A stretch of DNA of 64,000 nt from Antedon mediterranea (lineage: Eukaryota; Animalia; Echinodermata). Positions 61,714 through 64,000 of the stretch are shown here, in pieces (position 1 is the first letter of the stretch; each line of letters opens with the position of its first letter). The notes under the pieces are model-generated. The model saw only the letters and a list, made by a program, of their open reading frames with translations, searched no databases and was not told the origin of the DNA. The position numbers and the translations under genes were made by a program. The DNA is taken from assembly GCF_964355755.1 (NCBI RefSeq), contig NC_092671.1, positions 40,558,304-40,622,303 on the forward strand. The letters are read 5' to 3'.

Positions 61714-64000
61714 CATAGGAAAACGGCCTCTTTGCTTATTGAAGTGGTTTATTCATTACTGTATAAATGCATTGTGTTACATACTCAAAATGATACCCCA
61801 GGAACACAATGCTTTAACATAGGAAAACGGCCTCATTGCTTATTACAGTGGTTTATTCATTATATATAATGCATTGTGTTCCATATACCCAAAATGATAC
61901 CCCAGGAACACAATACTTTAACGAGGAAAACGGCCTCATTGCTTATTACAGTGGTTTATTCATCATATATAATGCATTGTGTTCCATATACCCAAAATGA
62001 TACCCCAGGAACACAATGCTTTAACATAGGAAAACGGCCTCATATTACAGTAGTTTATTCATTATGTATAATGCATTGTGTTCCATATACCCAAAATGAT
62101 ACCACAGGAACACAATGCTTTAACATAGGAAAGCGGCCTCATATTATACAGTGGTGGTTTATTCATCATATAATGCATTGTGTTCCATATACCCAAAATG
62201 ATACCCCAGGAACACAATGCTTTAACATAGGAAAACGGCCTCATATTATACAGTGGTTTATTCATCATATAATGCATTGTGTTCCATATACCCAAAATGA
62301 TACCCCAGGAACACAATGCTTTAACATAGGAAAACGGCCTCATATTACAGTGGTTTATTCATTAATAATGCATTGTGTTCCATATACCCAAAATGATACC
62401 CCAGGAACACAATGCTTTAACATAGGAAAATGGCCTCATATTACAGTGGTTTATTCATTATATAATGCATTGTGTTCCATATAACCAAGATGATACCCCA
62501 GGAACACAATGCTTTAACATAGCAAAACGGCCTCATTGCTTATTGAAGTGGTTTATTCATTATACTGTATATAATGCATTGTGTTTCATATACCCAAAAT
62601 GATACCCCAGGAACACAATATTTTAACATAGGAAAACGGCCTCATTGCTTATATTACAGTGGTTTATTCATTATATAATGCATTGTGTTCCATATACCCA
62701 AAATGATACCCCAGGAACACAATGCTTTAACATAGGAAAACGGCCTCATATTATACAGTGGTTTATTCATCATATAATGCATTGTGTTCCATATACCCAA
62801 AATGATACCCCAGGAATACAATGCTTTAACATAGGAAAACGGCCTCATATTATACAGTGGTTTATTCATCATATAATGCATTGTGTTCCATATACCCAAA
62901 ATGATACCCCAGGAACACAATACTTTAACATAGGAAAACGGCCTCATATTACAGTGGTTTATTCATCATGCATTGTGTTCCATATACCCAAAATGATACC
63001 CCAGGAACACAATACTTTAACATAGGAAAACGGCCTCATTGCTTATTACAGTGGTTTATTCATTAGCCTATAATGCATTGTGTTCTCCATATACCCAAAA
63101 TGATACCCCAGGAACACAATACTTTAACATAGGAAAACGGCCTCATTGCTTATTACAGTGGTTAATTCATTATATATAATGCATTGTGTTCCATATACCC
63201 AAAATGATACCCCATGAACACAATGCTTTAACATAGGAAAACGGCCTCATATTACAGTGGTTTATTCATTAGCCTATAATGCATTGTGTTCCATATACCC
63301 AAAATGATACCCCAGGAACACAATACTTTAACATAGGAAAACGGCCTCATTGCTTATTACAGTGGTTTATTCATTATATATAATGCATTGTGTTCCATGT
63401 ACCCAAAATGATACCCCAGGAACACAATGCTTTAACATAGGAAAACGGCCTCGTATTGTGGTTTATTCATTATATATAATGCATTGTGTTCCATATACCC
63501 AAAATGATACCACAGGAACACAATGCTTTAACATAGGAAAACGGCCTCGTATTGTGGTTTATTCATTATATATAATGCATTGTGTTCCATATACCCAAAA
63601 TGATACCCCAGGATCACAATGCTTTAACATAGAAAAACGGCCTCATTGCTTATTACAGTGGTTTATTCATCATATATAATGCATTGTGTTCCATATACCC
63701 AAAATGATACCACATGAACACAATGGTTTAACATAGGAAAACGGCCTCATTGCTTATTACAGTGGTTTATTCATTATATATAATGCATTGTGTTCCATAT
63801 ACCCAAAATGATACCACAGGAACACAATGCTTTAACATAAGAAAACGGCCTCATTGCTTATTACAGTGGTTTATTCATTATATATAATGCATTGTGTTCC
63901 ATATACCCAAAATGATACCCCAGGAACACAATGCTTTAACATAGGAAAACGGCCTCATATTACAGTGGTTTATTCATCATAATATAATGCATTGTGTTCC
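61714..64000 (+). repeat. ~100-bp satellite array, ~23 copies, runs off the window
   Basis: Unit AATGCATTGTGTTCCATATACCCAAAATGATACCCCAGGAACACAATGCTTTAACATAGGAAAACGGCCTCAT(TGCT)TATTACAGTGGTTTATTCATTATAT. Confidence 0.97.

Noticed and set aside
59683-64000. CRISPR-like array or repetitive Cys/His protein (MHCVPYTQNDTPGTQCFNIGKRPH)
   Set aside because: The whole monomer repeats with no unique spacers, there are no cas genes, the context is eukaryotic, and frames shift between monomers.

Overview
AT-rich animal (probably marine invertebrate) genomic DNA made almost entirely of transposable elements and repeats. No intact host gene is recognisable. 1-20.9 kb is a nest of insertions in and beside a dead PIF/Harbinger transposon (transposase plus a spliced MADF-BESS gene): a truncated Mag-clade Gypsy, three MULE-like elements with 9-bp TSDs (two are inverted copies of one element bracketing the MADF exon), an IS3EU-like foldback element and an intact CR1 LINE. 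20.95-52.1 kb is about 3.75 near-identical copies of an 8.3-kb unit in an A-B-A-B pattern. Each unit holds a non-autonomous LTR element and LINE/SINE debris. At the three unit junctions sits a ~1.18-kb terminally redundant non-coding element fused to an intron-less copy of the LTR read-through region. That element carries, on the minus strand, a complete hammerhead ribozyme core (with U3-A8 covariation) whose three strands are in a non-circularly permuted order; this is the most notable observation. 52-64 kb has a canonical type I hammerhead retrozyme-like repeat, LINE fragments, a tRNA-derived SINE head and two inverted arrays of a ~100-bp hairpin satellite. All calls were made by eye, with no database search or folding run.
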